A stretch of DNA of 64,000 bases from assembly GCF_009914755.1 (NCBI RefSeq), contig NC_060935.1; one strand, given 5' to 3'. Made by a program: the position numbers and the translations under genes. Below the pieces are notes generated by a model. The model did not search any database. It was not told where the DNA came from and was given only the letters and a program-made list of their open reading frames with translations. This stretch comes from the human T2T-CHM13v2.0 reference genome, Homo sapiens. Positions 29,121 through 44,273 of this stretch are shown one piece after another (positions within the stretch are counted from its first letter, which is position 1; each line of letters opens with the position of its first letter).

Positions 29121-30209
29121 TTGTTTTCTTTTTTCGTTTGTTTGTTTGTTTTTTTCCTCTCTGTGCATTCTTTCTTCCTTGGAAGTAACAGAGGCAAGCT
29201 TGGGAACTGTGTGAACCAGGTCAGCAATCTGGACAGGTCTTTACCAGCAGGTCTTTTGCTGTTTTTCCTGGGTACTGATTTGCAGACTTGATCCAACTTT
29301 CTAAGAAAAGCAGAACCACACAGGCAAGCTCAGACTCTTTTATTAAATTCCAGTTTTGACTTTGCCACTTCTTAGTGGCCTTGAACAAGTTACCGAGTCC
29401 CTCTCAGCGTTAGTTACCCTATTTTATGATGAGGATAATATTATCTGCAAATTATTGGTAATAGTAAATAATATATCATGTAAATCTAGCACAGTACTGG
29501 GATTTTCGCCACTTCATTTCTTCTTTTACCAAGATGCTCCTCATTGGACTTTAATACACAGGACTAGTCTAAGGTATCACCAGGTAGTCCACTCCTGCTT
29601 GGAATTCTTGACCCTCTTTCGGGATTTAGAAGAACAGGGCATGGACCAGATGGGTTTAAACAAATTCAGTATCTTCAACTAGCTTCACCTTGGGGTTGTT
29701 AAAAGATTTTTGAACCACACACTGTGCTCATAACAATCTTCATCTCTTAAAAGGATTTTATTCTTCCTCGTATTGCCCTCACTCTCATCCCTGTATTCCG
29801 TGCTCAGTGGCTGACACAGAAGAGTTCTTTCTTGATGTCCGCCCCCTACCCCTTAGGATTCTCTGCTCTCCCCTCCCCCTACAGGCCTCCATCCTCTTCA
29901 TCCTGTTCATTTTTCAGATCTCAGTTAAAGCATCTCATCCTCAGTGTGGTGTTTCCTGATCCCTCACTCTAATCCAAGTCTTTCTGTTTTACGCACAGGT
30001 GGAATCTTATTTCCATTTGCGTCCAATCATGTATTTTAATATGCATGGATATATGTATATGCATTTGTATGCATGCGATTAAGAACTAGAATAATTAATA
30101 ATTGGAAAGCTCCATGAAAGCTGGTTGGGCACTAATTTTGTAACTATTTTATTCCCAGATCCTGTAATTTCTCTAAATAAACCCTGGAATCTTGCCTTAT
30201 CTCCTTCAG

Positions 30210-30306
30210 GTTAAAAGCCAACTGCAAGGTCTAGTGACTGCAGGATCTAGCTATCCATTGTTTCTGGCCGCCTATGCGTGCACTGGGTGTCTGGCAGAGA
30301 GGCTGG
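30210..30306 (+). pseudogene. FOLH1B: Paralog of the FOLH1 alternative 97-nt intron-1 exon (isoforms starting MTAGSSYPLF...), start codon reads GTG
   Basis: Acceptor ccttatctccttcag|G, donor TGG|gtaaat, 97 nt. Reads VKSQLQGL-V-TAGSSYPLFLAAYACTGCLAERL-G with a phase-1 end, in frame with exon 2. Confidence 0.8.
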
Positions 30307-30912
30307 GTAAATTGTAGTTTCATTGTAGCTGTCTGAACTTGGATTTCTCAAGCCTACTTCACTGGAAACACAAACTCTCACAGCATTTTGTTTTAGTTTC
30401 AGAATCAGAGCAAATTAGAAGTCTGAATTTCCTTCAACACTTGGAAATAATTTATGTATTTGAAATATATTCATAATTAATTCATTATAAAAATGTATTA
30501 AATGCTTATTCTGAGTCAGCAGAGGAAGATAGAAACTTTATGAAAGTAGAAGGTGGATCTCCTTTTTGCCTTCATTTTCAGAACATCTCATGTATACCCA
30601 TTAGTTGAAACATCAATGTCATTTTATTTTCGTCCTGATTATCTCATAAAACATTTCTTAGAGTAACAGCAATACCTATCATTGAAGTTGGATAAAAAAT
30701 ATTTTGCAATTGGTTTGCAACTTAAAAATCTGTTTGCATGACTCTTTTTCAGTGAAAGTAGGCAAGAGAAATTAAAATTCAGAAATATCTCACCTAATGT
30801 CAGAGGTAATATTGATAATTTGTGTTTTACAAATGATACATACAACAATAATGAAAAATAAGTCCTATCTATAGGCTCATATCTCATGCCTATTTTTGGA
30901 TGTATTTTTCAG

Positions 30913-31018
30913 GGTGGTTTATAAAATCCTCCAATGAAGCTACTAACATTACTCCAAAGCATAATATGAAAGCATTTTTGGATGAATTGAAAGCTGAGAA
31001 CATCAAGAAGTTCTTATA
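30913..31018 (+). pseudogene. FOLH1B: Exon 2 equivalent (GWFIKSSNEATNITPKHNMKAFLDELKAENIKKFLY); contains Met58 ATG at 30966
   Basis: tttttcag|GGTGG ... CTTATA|gtaagc; translation matches PSMA 40-75. Confidence 0.95.
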
Positions 31019-31206
31019 GTAAGCACATTCTTGAAAGTTTATATGGACAAGTTGTTAGAAAAATTTATCATTCTGTTTTGGTCCAATATTTTATATATAG
31101 GAACTGGCCTTTTTTCTTAAAATTTTATTTATTGAAGATCTTGGATCACATTTCATCTGAGGAGGACTATACTTTCAGCTAAATTTTGTCATTACAGAGG
31201 TTTAGA

Positions 31207-31500
31207 GCAGGAGTCAGCAAACTTTTTCTGTAAAAGGACCAGCCTTTTTAGGCCAGCTGATCTGTGTCACATCTAGTCAGCTCTGCTATTGCAGCACAAA
31301 AGAAGTCATAGAAAATACATAAACAGTCAGTTCTGATAAAACTTTCCTTATGGGCACTGAAATTTGGATTTCATATAATCGATGTTCAAAAATATTATTT
31401 TTAAAACCAATTTAAAATATAAAAACCATTCTTAGCTTGTGGACTGTACAGAAACAGTTAGTGGTCCAGATTTGGCCAGTGGAACCTAGTTTGCTGATTA
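31207..31500. mobile_element. MER58-like hAT element
   Basis: caggagtcagcaaactttttctgtaaaagg ... agatttggccagtggaacctagtttgctga. Confidence 0.75.
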
Positions 31501-31849
31501 ATGCTTTAGAGAAAGATATTGCATTTTAGTTAAACAAAAATGGACTTTGAGTTAGAATTGAGTTTGAATTCCATCTTTGCCTATTAATACTTTGGATGAA
31601 TACTTAATCTTTCTGAGCTCTCTTTTCCACATCTGTAAAATGGGAATAATGATCTTATTATGATATGGATGAAGTCCAAGAGCGTATATTTAGCATATAC
31701 TTGGCATATTTTAAAAACTAGCTCTCTACTTCCTGAAATAGCTATTTCCAGTGTAGGACAAAAGAGATAAATAAGTAAATTTAAAAAGCAACCAAAAAGA
31801 AAATACTTATATAGAATTACTATATATAATTGATTAGAATACTTGTTTT

Positions 31850-32164
<315 letters not shown>

Positions 32165-32639
32165 CAGAATACTTGCTTTTTTTTTTTAAGCGTGAGATCC
32201 TTTTGTGAATTTTTACAAATTGAGTTAGCTCATGTGTCCAAAAATACTTGAAGTCCCTCTAATGATTGCAGGATTCCCTGGTGAATAAAGGTTGTAATTC
32301 TAAATTAAAAGACCATTACACACACACACACACACATAGGTATGCATAGATGTGTACACATATAATCATACAAACACATATATGTTTGTATTAATTACAA
32401 CGGAATTAAAAGTATAAGTAAAAATTGATAGGATACCTCTCAGGTCTTTGGAAGGGCCGTTTTAAATGTGAGACTCTGAAGCTCGAACTTCTTTATCTTT
32501 GTGGAAACCCCTCCTCTGCCGGTTGTGCTTATTCCACTATAATAATGTATAGTAGGTATAATAGAAGTGGAGGTCTGGCAAGGTATGGTCTTTACTCCTG
32601 GACAGAGCTGCTGTTCCAGCTTTCTTCCTTTCCCAATAT

Positions 32640-33298
32640 TAGTGGTGGAAGAGATCCAAGTTACTCCAGGTTATCAGCAGCCTATCCATAAGGTCAGCAG
32701 CAACTTCAGTCCTTGCCTCTTCAGAAGAAAGAATTCAATTGGGGGCAAAAGCAGAAAAAGAGACCAAGGCAAGTTCCAGAGCAGGAATGGAAGTTTATTT
32801 CAAAAGGAAAGAAAGGAAGGTGTGCTTGGAAGAGAGCCAAGCAGGCACATGAAGGTGAGAGAAGGCCAAGTGCCCCACTTAACTGTGATCGTAGGACTTT
32901 TTTAGGCTTGCCTCTTTCCCATGATTCTTCTCTTAGGGTGGGCTGCCCAGCCCTCCTGACCCTTCGGAAATGAGCACCCGCAATGTGTTTAGGGAAGTAT
33001 ACACAGGCCCATCTGAGTCTCTCTTCCTTTTTCTGGTGGAGTGTACCTGGAAGATTATACTATACCATTTTTGTCTCTAACACACAGGCCCAGGAAGTTG
33101 CTTCTCCCTGGAGTCTGCATTCAGTTAACATTTTGGTGTTAACAGGTGTGGACCATCAAGAGCTGGCCTCTCCCTGGCACTGCTAAATTATTTTTAGAGA
33201 GGCAATGCGATCATTGCTGAACCGAACCATCACCTGACATTCTAGAGGGTGGCGGGAGAGCCCCCTCCTGCCTTGCTCCTGTCTAACTACCTGTAACA
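32640..33298 (-). mobile_element. MER50-like ERV1 LTR
   Basis: Minus strand begins TGTTACAGGTAGTTAGACAGG; antisense poly(A) signal tttatt at about 32794. Confidence 0.7.
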
Positions 33299-34176
33299 TT
33301 AACTTGTGACATAGATTGACCAACAAAGAAGAAAAATAAATGCCTTTCTTTATTTCTCTTTTTGGACCCTCAGCAAGATTAAGCAGTCAGCTTCTTGTTT
33401 ATTCTCCATGTCCCTAACCAAGCTCCTCTAACCAGAACTCAGGGGGATATTCAGCATAAACACACAAAAGAAAGAAATTGAAAGAATTCCCTCTCACTCC
33501 TCCAAGGACCACAGAATCTCCAGAAGCCTCCTAAACTCTCCAGATTTTCAATTTGCCATTTGTCCATCAGAGAGCTTTCAATTGAAATATACCCATGGGT
33601 CAGGGACTATTAAAACCTCTGACCTTCCATCTGGTCCCCCTTTAAAATCTTTAGTTCTGCTTTTAAAAGCCCCCACTGCCTCTGAAATGTCTGCCTCAGT
33701 AGTGAATGGGAAGATTAATTAGGAGCAGCTTTTTTTCACTCTGCCTTGGGGTACAGGGTTGTCTGTGTTTTCTCTTCTTTGAAAACACCCAGTTGAATTC
33801 ACAGATCTGTTTACCATTTTGCATCTCTCTAGAGGGATTCTTCCTTTTCCACATTGTTTTGCCGGATAAGATCGTTTTAAAAGGTGTTTTAGACTTTTGG
33901 TCTCAGAATTTTACTGGTCTGTATTTGAATACATAGGTCTGTATTTGAATATATAGGCCCAATGAAATCACATATTAAACTACACTTCTTAATCTATTAA
34001 TCACTTGAGATGTGTGTCACAAGTAATTTGTTGATACTAGTATATCAAATTTTATTAAAAAAAAAGGTAAGAATAAGAATTGACACACTTTCCAGAATAG
34101 CAAAAATCCATTCATAGATCTCTGTCAGACTGGTTTAAATATATTCCAAGTATTGTCTTGTCACTTTATCTCAATA

Positions 34177-34227
<51 letters not shown>

Positions 34228-34350
34228 TTTAGACAGGGTTTCACTCTGCTGCCAGGCTGGAGTGCAGTGGCACAATCATAGCTCACTGCAGCTTGGAGCT
34301 CCAGCCTCTCCAGTAGGTAGTACTACAGGCACATGCCACCGTGCCCAACT
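34177..34350 (-). mobile_element. (ATT)n tail plus partial old Alu
   Basis: About 16 ATT units followed by agacagggtttcactctg... Confidence 0.85.
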
Positions 34351-34481
34351 AATTCCACCTTTTACTGAATACCTTCGTCATCTTGAAGTCTTGGAAACAC
34401 TGCCAAATTATTTGCAAACAAGATGAAATGTACTAAAACAGAAATAACAGTAGCTCTCTTAAAGGACTGAGATAATGTATT

Positions 34482-34722
34482 CGGGCATAGTGGCTCACCC
34501 ATGTAATCCCAGCCCTTTGGGAGGACAAGGCAGGCAGATGCCTTGAGTGAGACTCTGTCTCTACAAAATATTTTTTTAAATTATCTGGGCATGGTGGCAT
34601 GTGCCTGTAGTCCTATCTACTCAGGAGGCTGGAGTTCCAGGTTTTAGTGAGCTATGATTGCACCACTGTATTCCAGCCTGGCAACACAATGAGACTCTGT
34701 CTCTTATAAAAAAAAAAAAAAA
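34482..34722 (+). mobile_element. AluJ with internal deletions
   Basis: gggcatagtggctcac...gagactctgtctc plus A-tail. Confidence 0.85.
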
Positions 34723-36678
34723 AGAAATAATGTGACAATACTAGAAACACATTTAAAGCATCCCTACAGTGATATATAAACAGAATTTGGCTATTTGGGA
34801 AAATTTGTAAATTCATATTTTTATTCTTATTTATTTTTTACAAAATTTGATATTCTGGTAGGTTCAACAACTTGTAACACACATCTCAAATGATTAAAAT
34901 CATTGAGAAGTGCTATTTAATACGCAATCTAACTGAGCCTCAAGTCTTTGTGAAGTAGTGAGACAGTGATGTTCTCCCCATATACAGATGAGAAACTCAA
35001 GACACAGCTAGGGTTACATACTGAGTTAATGACAACACCTGTATTATACCACATACATGATTTATGCTAATTAATTTATTTAGTATTTGCAATGGATCTT
35101 TTTTTCTCCTACTAATCTTTTCCAGGATGTGTTTTGTTCAAATGAGTGAGTCCCAACCCTGATAATAGCAAAATGTTGTTTCCTAGTTGGTAGTGACAAG
35201 ACTATTACAAGAAAATTCACTTAATAGTAGCAAAGCCTTATAATGATTTTCTCCCGCTTTTTTGTGAGTAGGTTCAAGATTCCCCATAGTAATTCCTTTT
35301 GCTTATAGGGACAGAGGCATAGCTGGCACTTCAGGATATCTGCATCCTACATTAGTTACATAGCAGTTTGTGATCTTCGTAATATTCAAGAAAATAGCGA
35401 TATGTTGGCTGTTTTTCTGTTTTCCCTGCAGGTGCTCACTGATAAAGGATAGAGACTCCTTAGCTGCCTCTTATGTTTGTGCCCTTTTTGTTACAATATT
35501 TTCCATATTAGAAATTCTGTGTAAGATATTTTGCCCCTAAACATTTACCAAATGAGGATTTTAATACTATTTTTATAAATACAATTTAAATAACTTTAAT
35601 ATAATTATTAAAGTAAACAAGTTACAGGAAATTCCAATTTTAAAAAATCGAGTTACTTTAATTCATTATTGATTCACCAAATGAAAAAAAATTAAAATAC
35701 ATGGTAGAATGAAGCCTGAAACTGTAATTATCATAGTCACGTTGGTTATTAGTTTTTTTTAAATCACCATAAGGATGGAATTATGTTGATTTTATAAAAC
35801 TACATATTTAAAACTAGGAAAGTATGAAGTTCCAAAAGTTTATGAAATATATATATATATTTATCTTTTCATGCTACATAATATCTTGTCATATATTTAA
35901 GGGCTTAAGTTAAAAATACTTACCAATGAGCTCTTCAGGGAAACAAGAAATTTCCCAGAAGGGAGAAATTTAAAACAATCAAAAGCCCCAGAATCTAAAT
36001 AAATTAAATGAGAAATTAGTCTTCTCCTGAAAATATTTCTGGTAGCCAAATTTTGGCCACATAATTTCTTTGTTAAAGATATTCCTCTTCAGACTAATTA
36101 TTGTCATTGATTTTAAGGGTGTTACTCTGTATGATAGATGGAGTGCAAGAGATTCATTCTGAACTTGTATCGGTATGTTCAGATTATTCTTTGATGAAGA
36201 TACTTTATAAATGGTTGCTAATCAAAAAGCTTATCACTTGTCTATAACTCTCAGTATTTAAATAAATGTAATTATTAGTAATTCTTGCCATGTCACACCT
36301 TGGTCTTTTGGATAAAACATTTTCGTCTGTTTCAATATTTTACACAGTGATATAAACAGATAATTCCATGTAAGTTGCAAGAAGTACAGGTCTTAAGAAA
36401 GAATATGATAATCTACCATACGAGGTTATAGTAATAGGATTACACATAATGGTACAAAAATCAGTTTCTCCAATTTTTCTCTTGATTTAGTACAAATTAG
36501 AGCATAAAAATTTCAAAGCAGACTTTGAAAATCTATTTCATGCAATAATAGTACCACTTTAATTTTTTAACGTATCACACTTCAAAGTACTTTTGTGTAA
36601 CTCTGCTTTTCTTTGTTGATTTGGAATAAAAGTTGATTAAACATTCATATCTAACCACTTTCAATTTTTGCTCACCAG

Positions 36679-36865
36679 TAATTTTACACAGATACCACAT
36701 TTAGCAGGAACAGAACAAAACTTTCAGCTTGCAAAGCAAATTCAATCCCAGTGGAAAGAATTTGGCCTGGATTCTGCTGAGCTAGCTCATTATGATGTCC
36801 TGTTGTCCTACCCAAATAAGACACATCCCAACTACATCTCAATAATTAATGAAGATGGAAATGAG
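36679..36865 (+). pseudogene. FOLH1B: Exon 3 equivalent ([10 protein letters not shown]...DSAELAH...NEDGNE)
   Basis: ctcaccag|TAATTT ... AATGAG|gtaaaa; overlaps ORF-track 36668-36880; V108A. Confidence 0.95.
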
Positions 36866-37162
36866 GTAAAAAATAAATAAATAAATAAAAGAAACATTCC
36901 CCCCATTTATTCTTTTTCAAATACCTTCTATGAAATAATGTTCTATCCCATCTCTAAATATTAATAGAAATCAGTATTATTGGATCTTGTGAATACCTTT
37001 AATATCTCATTATTCCTGTCAACTACTTTCCTATGATGTTTGAGTTTACTGTGTTTTAGAAAGATTCTGAGAAATTAATGCTTGATAACAGCTGCTATTT
37101 TTTAGTTTTTAGTACTACACACCAATATCAAATATGATATACTTGTAAACCTCCAAGCATAA

Positions 37163-37494
<332 letters not shown>

Positions 37495-38209
37495 AAGAGA
37501 TACATTTTTGATAGGTTTAATTTTTAAAGACACTGCACAGATTTGGAGTTGCTGGGAAATGCACGGATCCAGTATGCAGTTTGACCCAGCAAGTTTTTAT
37601 TGGTACTTAATGATTATGTCTCAACTGATCAGGTTGAGCTCTGTGCGAAGAATTTGTGTGTGGACATTTGGAGAGGACAAGTTTGGAGGCAAGGTCTTTA
37701 GCATGGTATTTAAAGAATTTGCAATCTTGTTTGCAAGTTGGGGCATATACTTGAGAAAGAGAAGACAATCCAGATAAATTGATATATTTATTATGATGTA
37801 TGTTCAATATGAAAGATCACAAAATATAACATACATTCATCCTTACTTAACATACCTCAGTTTTACAGCTACCGTATGTAGAAGAGTCCATTTCTATTTA
37901 GGTAAGTTCCTTTAGTCCTTTTATTACTGGGCACTCTTAATTACATGTAGCTTGAAATATGTCCAGTTTGATCAGTGAACTGAAAATGTCATGTGATTTA
38001 AGTACATATATAATTTTTTTCATAGTAGGTCAATAACCTCCTTTTATTGACTAATGAATCAGTCTCTTCTTAATGATTAATATGTTGTTATGTTTTACAG
38101 TCAGTGATATAATTCCATACTAAATTTCCTAATGTGATTGGAGCTTTTCATATTAACTACTGTTCTCAATCATAGTAGTTAACAATATAACTTTAAAAAA
38201 TATTATTAA

Positions 38210-38345
38210 GCCAGGCGTGGTGGCATGTTCCCCTAATCTCAGCTACTTGGGAGGCTGAGATAGGATGATTGCTGGAGCCAGGAGTTGCAGACCAGCTTGA
38301 ACAACATAGCAAGACTCCACCTTAAAAGAAAAAAAAAAAAGAAAA
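38210..38345 (+). mobile_element. FLAM-type Alu monomer
   Basis: gccaggcgtggtggcatg...gaccagcttgaacaacatagcaagac plus A-tail. Confidence 0.8.
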
Positions 38346-38612
38346 ACAAACTAAAAAAGCCTAAAATATATTATATTGAAAAGGCAATACCACTACACGT
38401 CGTATAGTCTCAGAATGTTTGTTAAATAAGTGGTGGCATATCTATACAGTTAAATACCAAGGGGTCTTTAAAACATGTTCAGAAAATTTAAAGAAATAAA
38501 ATATTGACAATGTTAAAATGTATACATATGCTTAAACGTCTCTTTTGATCTATCAAATTTGAGAATTGTCTAGGTACAATGTGGAAAAGAGCAGACATAT
38601 AATATATTTTAG

Positions 38613-38893
<281 letters not shown>

Positions 38894-40669
38894 TTAGTTT
38901 TTTTTTAAGATGGGGTCTTGCTGTGTTGTCGTTTTTTCTTCTTTTTTCCTTCCTCCTCACTTCCCAGTTTTGACTATACCATTGCTTATTTTATTTCATT
39001 ATTTACTTTTGTATTACAAGCATTCATAATGTTACCAAAGCCTGTTACATAATACAAAATGAATCACGTAAAAGTTTCACTTGGGAGATTTTCCTGAATA
39101 GTGTTACATACGTAGTTTCTTAATTTTTTAAATTTATATCATTAGTTCTTTTTTCTTTTTATCCATGTTATATATGTACATAATCACATAATTCTCCTGA
39201 GTGCCTTGCTTTTTCTCTATTTTCCTCTTTCCAGAGGCAACCATGATTCAACTATAAGTTCATTCTTTTGGTATTTACATCTATTTCTATAAATTACATG
39301 CTTATATGGCTTTTATTTCAGATGCAGGCATTATCTATTGACATTGTGACAAGTCAGCTCCCTGTTCATCCCTTGGCCCCAACCACCATCTTTTCTTACT
39401 ACCTCCCATCTCCCAGTACAATTTAATTGTTATGAATAACAGTTCACAGCTGAGCTATGTGGTAAACTATGATTCCGTTTATACCCCTGCACAAAACAGA
39501 CAAGTTCTCCATCCCTTAGGCAACAAATATGATTAGTATTTTGTGGATCCTATGAGAAATATTTTTAATGTATATAGAGACATTGTTTCACCTTTGATTA
39601 TGCAGAAATAACATCCCATAAAGGTTTAACTATATATTGACTTTTTTATGTCACAAAATGTAAACAGAAATTGTAAACTAATATTTTGGAAAGTAAAAAA
39701 TACTCTAAGACTGAAATTTAATCTAACTTTGATAAAGTCAACGAAAAAGGCATTTCCTTGACATTAAAAACTTTTCTTACTTGTTAGAATAGCTCATAAA
39801 CTTGCTGTAAAATTCAGTGTGGCATAGTGGTGCTGCGAAATTGATTACCATAAAGGCAAATCAAGTGAGACAAGTTTGAATATTCCCTTGCCTGAAAGAC
39901 ATGCTTATATAATGACTTTCTTCCTTTATTGATTTTTATTGCACCTCAGCATAATTTTTCTTTTAATCTTACCTAGTGATTCAGATGAGTTCATTTCTTA
40001 TGTGAATCACAGAAAAAAATATGGGAAATTTGGAATATGTGGGGATGTGGCAAGTCGTAGTTGATTTGGTTTCATTTTAGCTTCTATCAGTGTCAGAAAA
40101 GGGAAATAACTACTGCTCTAGTCAGTACAATGTAAGATCTGCCCAGATACCCTCCTCATCTCCAAATCCCTCCCATTTGTATTACTGCTCTGGCCAAGAC
40201 CTATACAATATAATGTTGAAAAGAAGTTTTGATAGCAGATATCCTTAACTTTCTTCTGGTCTTGAAGGAAATACCTTTAATTCTTTCTCACCATTAATTA
40301 TGATATTTACTGTTTTCTTTTTCTGGTTATCTTAAAGTACATCCTTTCCACATATACTAAAATTTTTTGCTATATGGATTTATATTAAACACATTTTTCT
40401 TTTGAGATGAGCAGGAGATTTTTCTTTCTTGATCTGAAGATGACATTCAGTGATATTCTAATGTTAGAATAATCTTACATTTTTTGAACTTGTAATATTA
40501 GCATTAGGGTTTTAAATTCATATATTGATATATATTATGTTTATCCTCATAGCATGTTTAGTCTGTATTTTTGAAATCTATTTGTTGGGTTATAATTTCA
40601 ATATCCTACTTGCCTTCTAAAATGAGTTGGGTTTTTAATATTTTCTGAAATTGGTTTTGTTGTAATTAA

Positions 40670-41205
<536 letters not shown>

Positions 41206-42930
41206 GATTTTTTAAAAAATGTATTCTTATGTCAGTTTTCATAAGTTTTATTTAAAATGCATTTTCCATTTCATGTAAGCTTTCAAATTTATAGTATAGT
41301 TGTTCCTAGTATTTTCTTATCTTTTTAAATCTGTTCAGCATCTGCAGATGTGCCTCTTTTTGATAATTAATATTATTTATTTGTGCTTTTGCTATATTTT
41401 TTTTCTTATTGCTCTTGAGAGGTATATGTCGAATTTACTAGTGTATCCAAAGAATAAACTTTGGCTTTGGCAATCTTTTCTCATCTATCTTTGCTTTATA
41501 TTTTATTAATTCTGTTCTTGTTTTATAATTGCCTCTTTTATCTTCTTTGTGTTTACTTTGCTGTTCTTTGTAAAATCCTCAGTAGAATGCTTAACTTATT
41601 GACATTCAGTCTTTCTTCATTTCTACTATGAGCATTTAGAGCCATAAATTTCCCCTTTAACTTCCCTTTCCACTTCAACTACATCTCACAAATTTGGATT
41701 AGGAGTAGTTTAATTATCATTAGTATGTAAATATTTTTTAATTTCTGTATTTTCTTCTTTGATCCTGGAACTGTTTACAAGATTTTTTAAAATCCTGAAT
41801 GTAAAGATTGTTATTATTATTTGTTTGATCTGATCTCTAAATTGAACATATTGAGATCAGATAATGTGGTTTGTAGGACACTAATCCTTTGACAATTGTT
41901 GAGGCTTCCTTTGGAACCTAATATGTGCTCAATTTTTATAAATGTTCTGTGTTTCTTTGGGAAAAACATGTATTTGATGGTTGTTTGGTTTAATATTTTA
42001 TATTTGTACATTAGTTTGAGTTTGCTTATTATTTGGCTGAAATCTCCATTATCCTTAATGTGCTCTCTCATTTTGTCTGCTTCCTTTATTAATTAGAGAT
42101 AAATGTTAAATTATCTCACCTCACTATAGTAATGTCTGCTTCATACTATATGTATAAAATTTATAATTCCATAAATTTGTGTTATGTATAATTTGGAGAC
42201 CTATTAACATATACAAACAAAATTAGAATAGTTGATGAAATGACAGACTTATACTTATGTAGTAGCCTTTTTTATCTCGTCATAATGTTATTTGACTTTG
42301 TCCTAAAATTTTTTTTAAATTAATATTTGTTTGGTATTTCTTTTTCAGTAGGTTTATGTCACTGCTTGTCAATTGGTACACAGCTGATTTTATTTAGACA
42401 TGCTACGCTTTTTAATTATTCTTTTTTCCATTTTCATTTTTTATAATTCTAATATACAATATTTAGGTCACTTTTACCTTCCTCTAGTGTGAATTTTACT
42501 CTTCCTTTTTTCCCCTATAGCTTTGGTGTCATAATTCAATCAATATTTCTACAATACAGAAACCTTAGAACACTTTCACTTTTGTTATATATTACCAATT
42601 TATATGCATAATTTTAATTCAGTCTTGTTTCATAAACTTGATAAATATGTTTATTAATATGATAGTAATAAGAATTTGGGAATTCTTTAAGGCTAATTTG
42701 AAGGCTGATTCCTCCTGATCATTTCTCTTAGGCGCCAGGGAGCACTACAAACCTGGCACTGCTTTAAAATAAATATTTTAGCTTGAGGCATACTATATAA
42801 ACAGTGAATGGAAATTTGTAGGGTTATGAATTATCTGGAACCCTTTTTTCCTGCTTTACGCTAAACCATTACTTTCCATGGAGCAAGTTTATTTTGAATT
42901 TATCCTTAACCCTGAAAGATATTGTTGTTC

Positions 42931-43194
42931 TTTTTTTTTTTGTCACCCAGGCTGGAATGCAGTGGCACGATCTCCACTCACTGCAAGCTTGCCTGCCGGG
43001 TTCAAGTGATTCTCCTGTCTCAGCCTCCTGAGTAACGGATTATAAGCACGTGGGCCCAGCTAATTTTTGTATTTTTAGTAGAGACGGGGTTTCACCATGT
43101 TGGTCAGGCTGGTCTCAAACTCCTGACCGCGTGATCCACCCACCTTGGGCTCCCAAAGTGCTGGGATTACAGGCTTGAGCCACGGCGCCTGGCC
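42931..43194 (-). mobile_element. AluS
   Basis: Antisense Alu; TSD gatattgttgttctt. Confidence 0.93.
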
Positions 43195-44171
43195 AGGATA
43201 TTGTTGTTCTTAGACCAGCTTTATGCACAGTCTTCTGCTAGATTCCATTATGTGAACCAGCTTTAAACCAACTCCTGAATCCTTTTCATGGGGCCATAGG
43301 CTTTGATAGATCCATCTAAGGCAAAGCCAACTTTCGTGCTACCTCTGAGGATTCTTGCTTTCATTTTATTTTTTTGCTTCTGAACATTCCTTACTATTTT
43401 TTTCCAATTTAATTATAAACTTAAAAAGACATATATTTGGTTCAGTGTTTTTCATTCTTTTCAGTGCATATGTTGTTCAGAGAATCTAGATATGGTCAGT
43501 TGTGGATTCCCCAATCATATACTTTTTTTTTAAGTAAATTTAATATTTAATTTGTTCCTAGGTAATTATCTAAGCACTATTATAATGATTGAGATTACCA
43601 AACAAAGGTACTTTTTATTTGGTAATTAAAATCTTTCTCCAAAATCAAAAGCTAGTCCTTACAAGTTCTCTCAAGAAATTCATGAGGTTAATTTACTTCT
43701 AACCTTCTGTGAAGCAACTACATATTTAGGCTTTTATTTACACTAGCTTAGTATGTATGCCACTTACAAAAAAATCAATTTCTAATTCTTCCTTCTATCA
43801 GTACACAGTTTACAGTACACAGTATTCCTTTTGGAAGAGTATCTTTTTACCTCCTCTGAGCTTTTCTTTCTATAGTACTTATTTTATGGTTGTTGTTTTT
43901 TGTTTGGTTGATTTTTAGTTATTGGTGGGGTTTTTTAGCTTTGTTTCCTTGAATAGATCTTACCATTTTGAGGACAGAATCTGTGATTTATTCATCTCAT
44001 GAATTCTTCACAACTTCTAGCATAGTGCTGGGTATCTGATACTATCATCAAAATCCTGAAGGATTCATTCACCCTCTACTGACATAAAATATAATATTCA
44101 TTTTTTTGTGTTTGATTATAATAATCAAACTTTAACTGATTTATTTTGATTATAATATTTTGTTTCTCTAG

Positions 44172-44273
44172 ATTTTCAACACATCATTATTTGAACCACC
44201 TCCTCCAGGATATGAAAATGTTTCGGATATTGTACCATCTTTCAGTGCTTTCTCTCCTCAAGGAATGCCAGAG
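44172..44273 (+). pseudogene. FOLH1B: Exon 4 equivalent ([34 protein letters not shown])
   Basis: ttctctag|ATTTTC ... CCAGAG|gtaaaa; 102 nt; P160S. Confidence 0.95.

Noticed and set aside
29885-29998. Additional alternative intron-1 exon (acceptors ccccctacag and tttttcag; possible donor cacag|gtggaa)
   Set aside because: The donor is poor and I could not match the boundaries to a known FOLH1 isoform exon.
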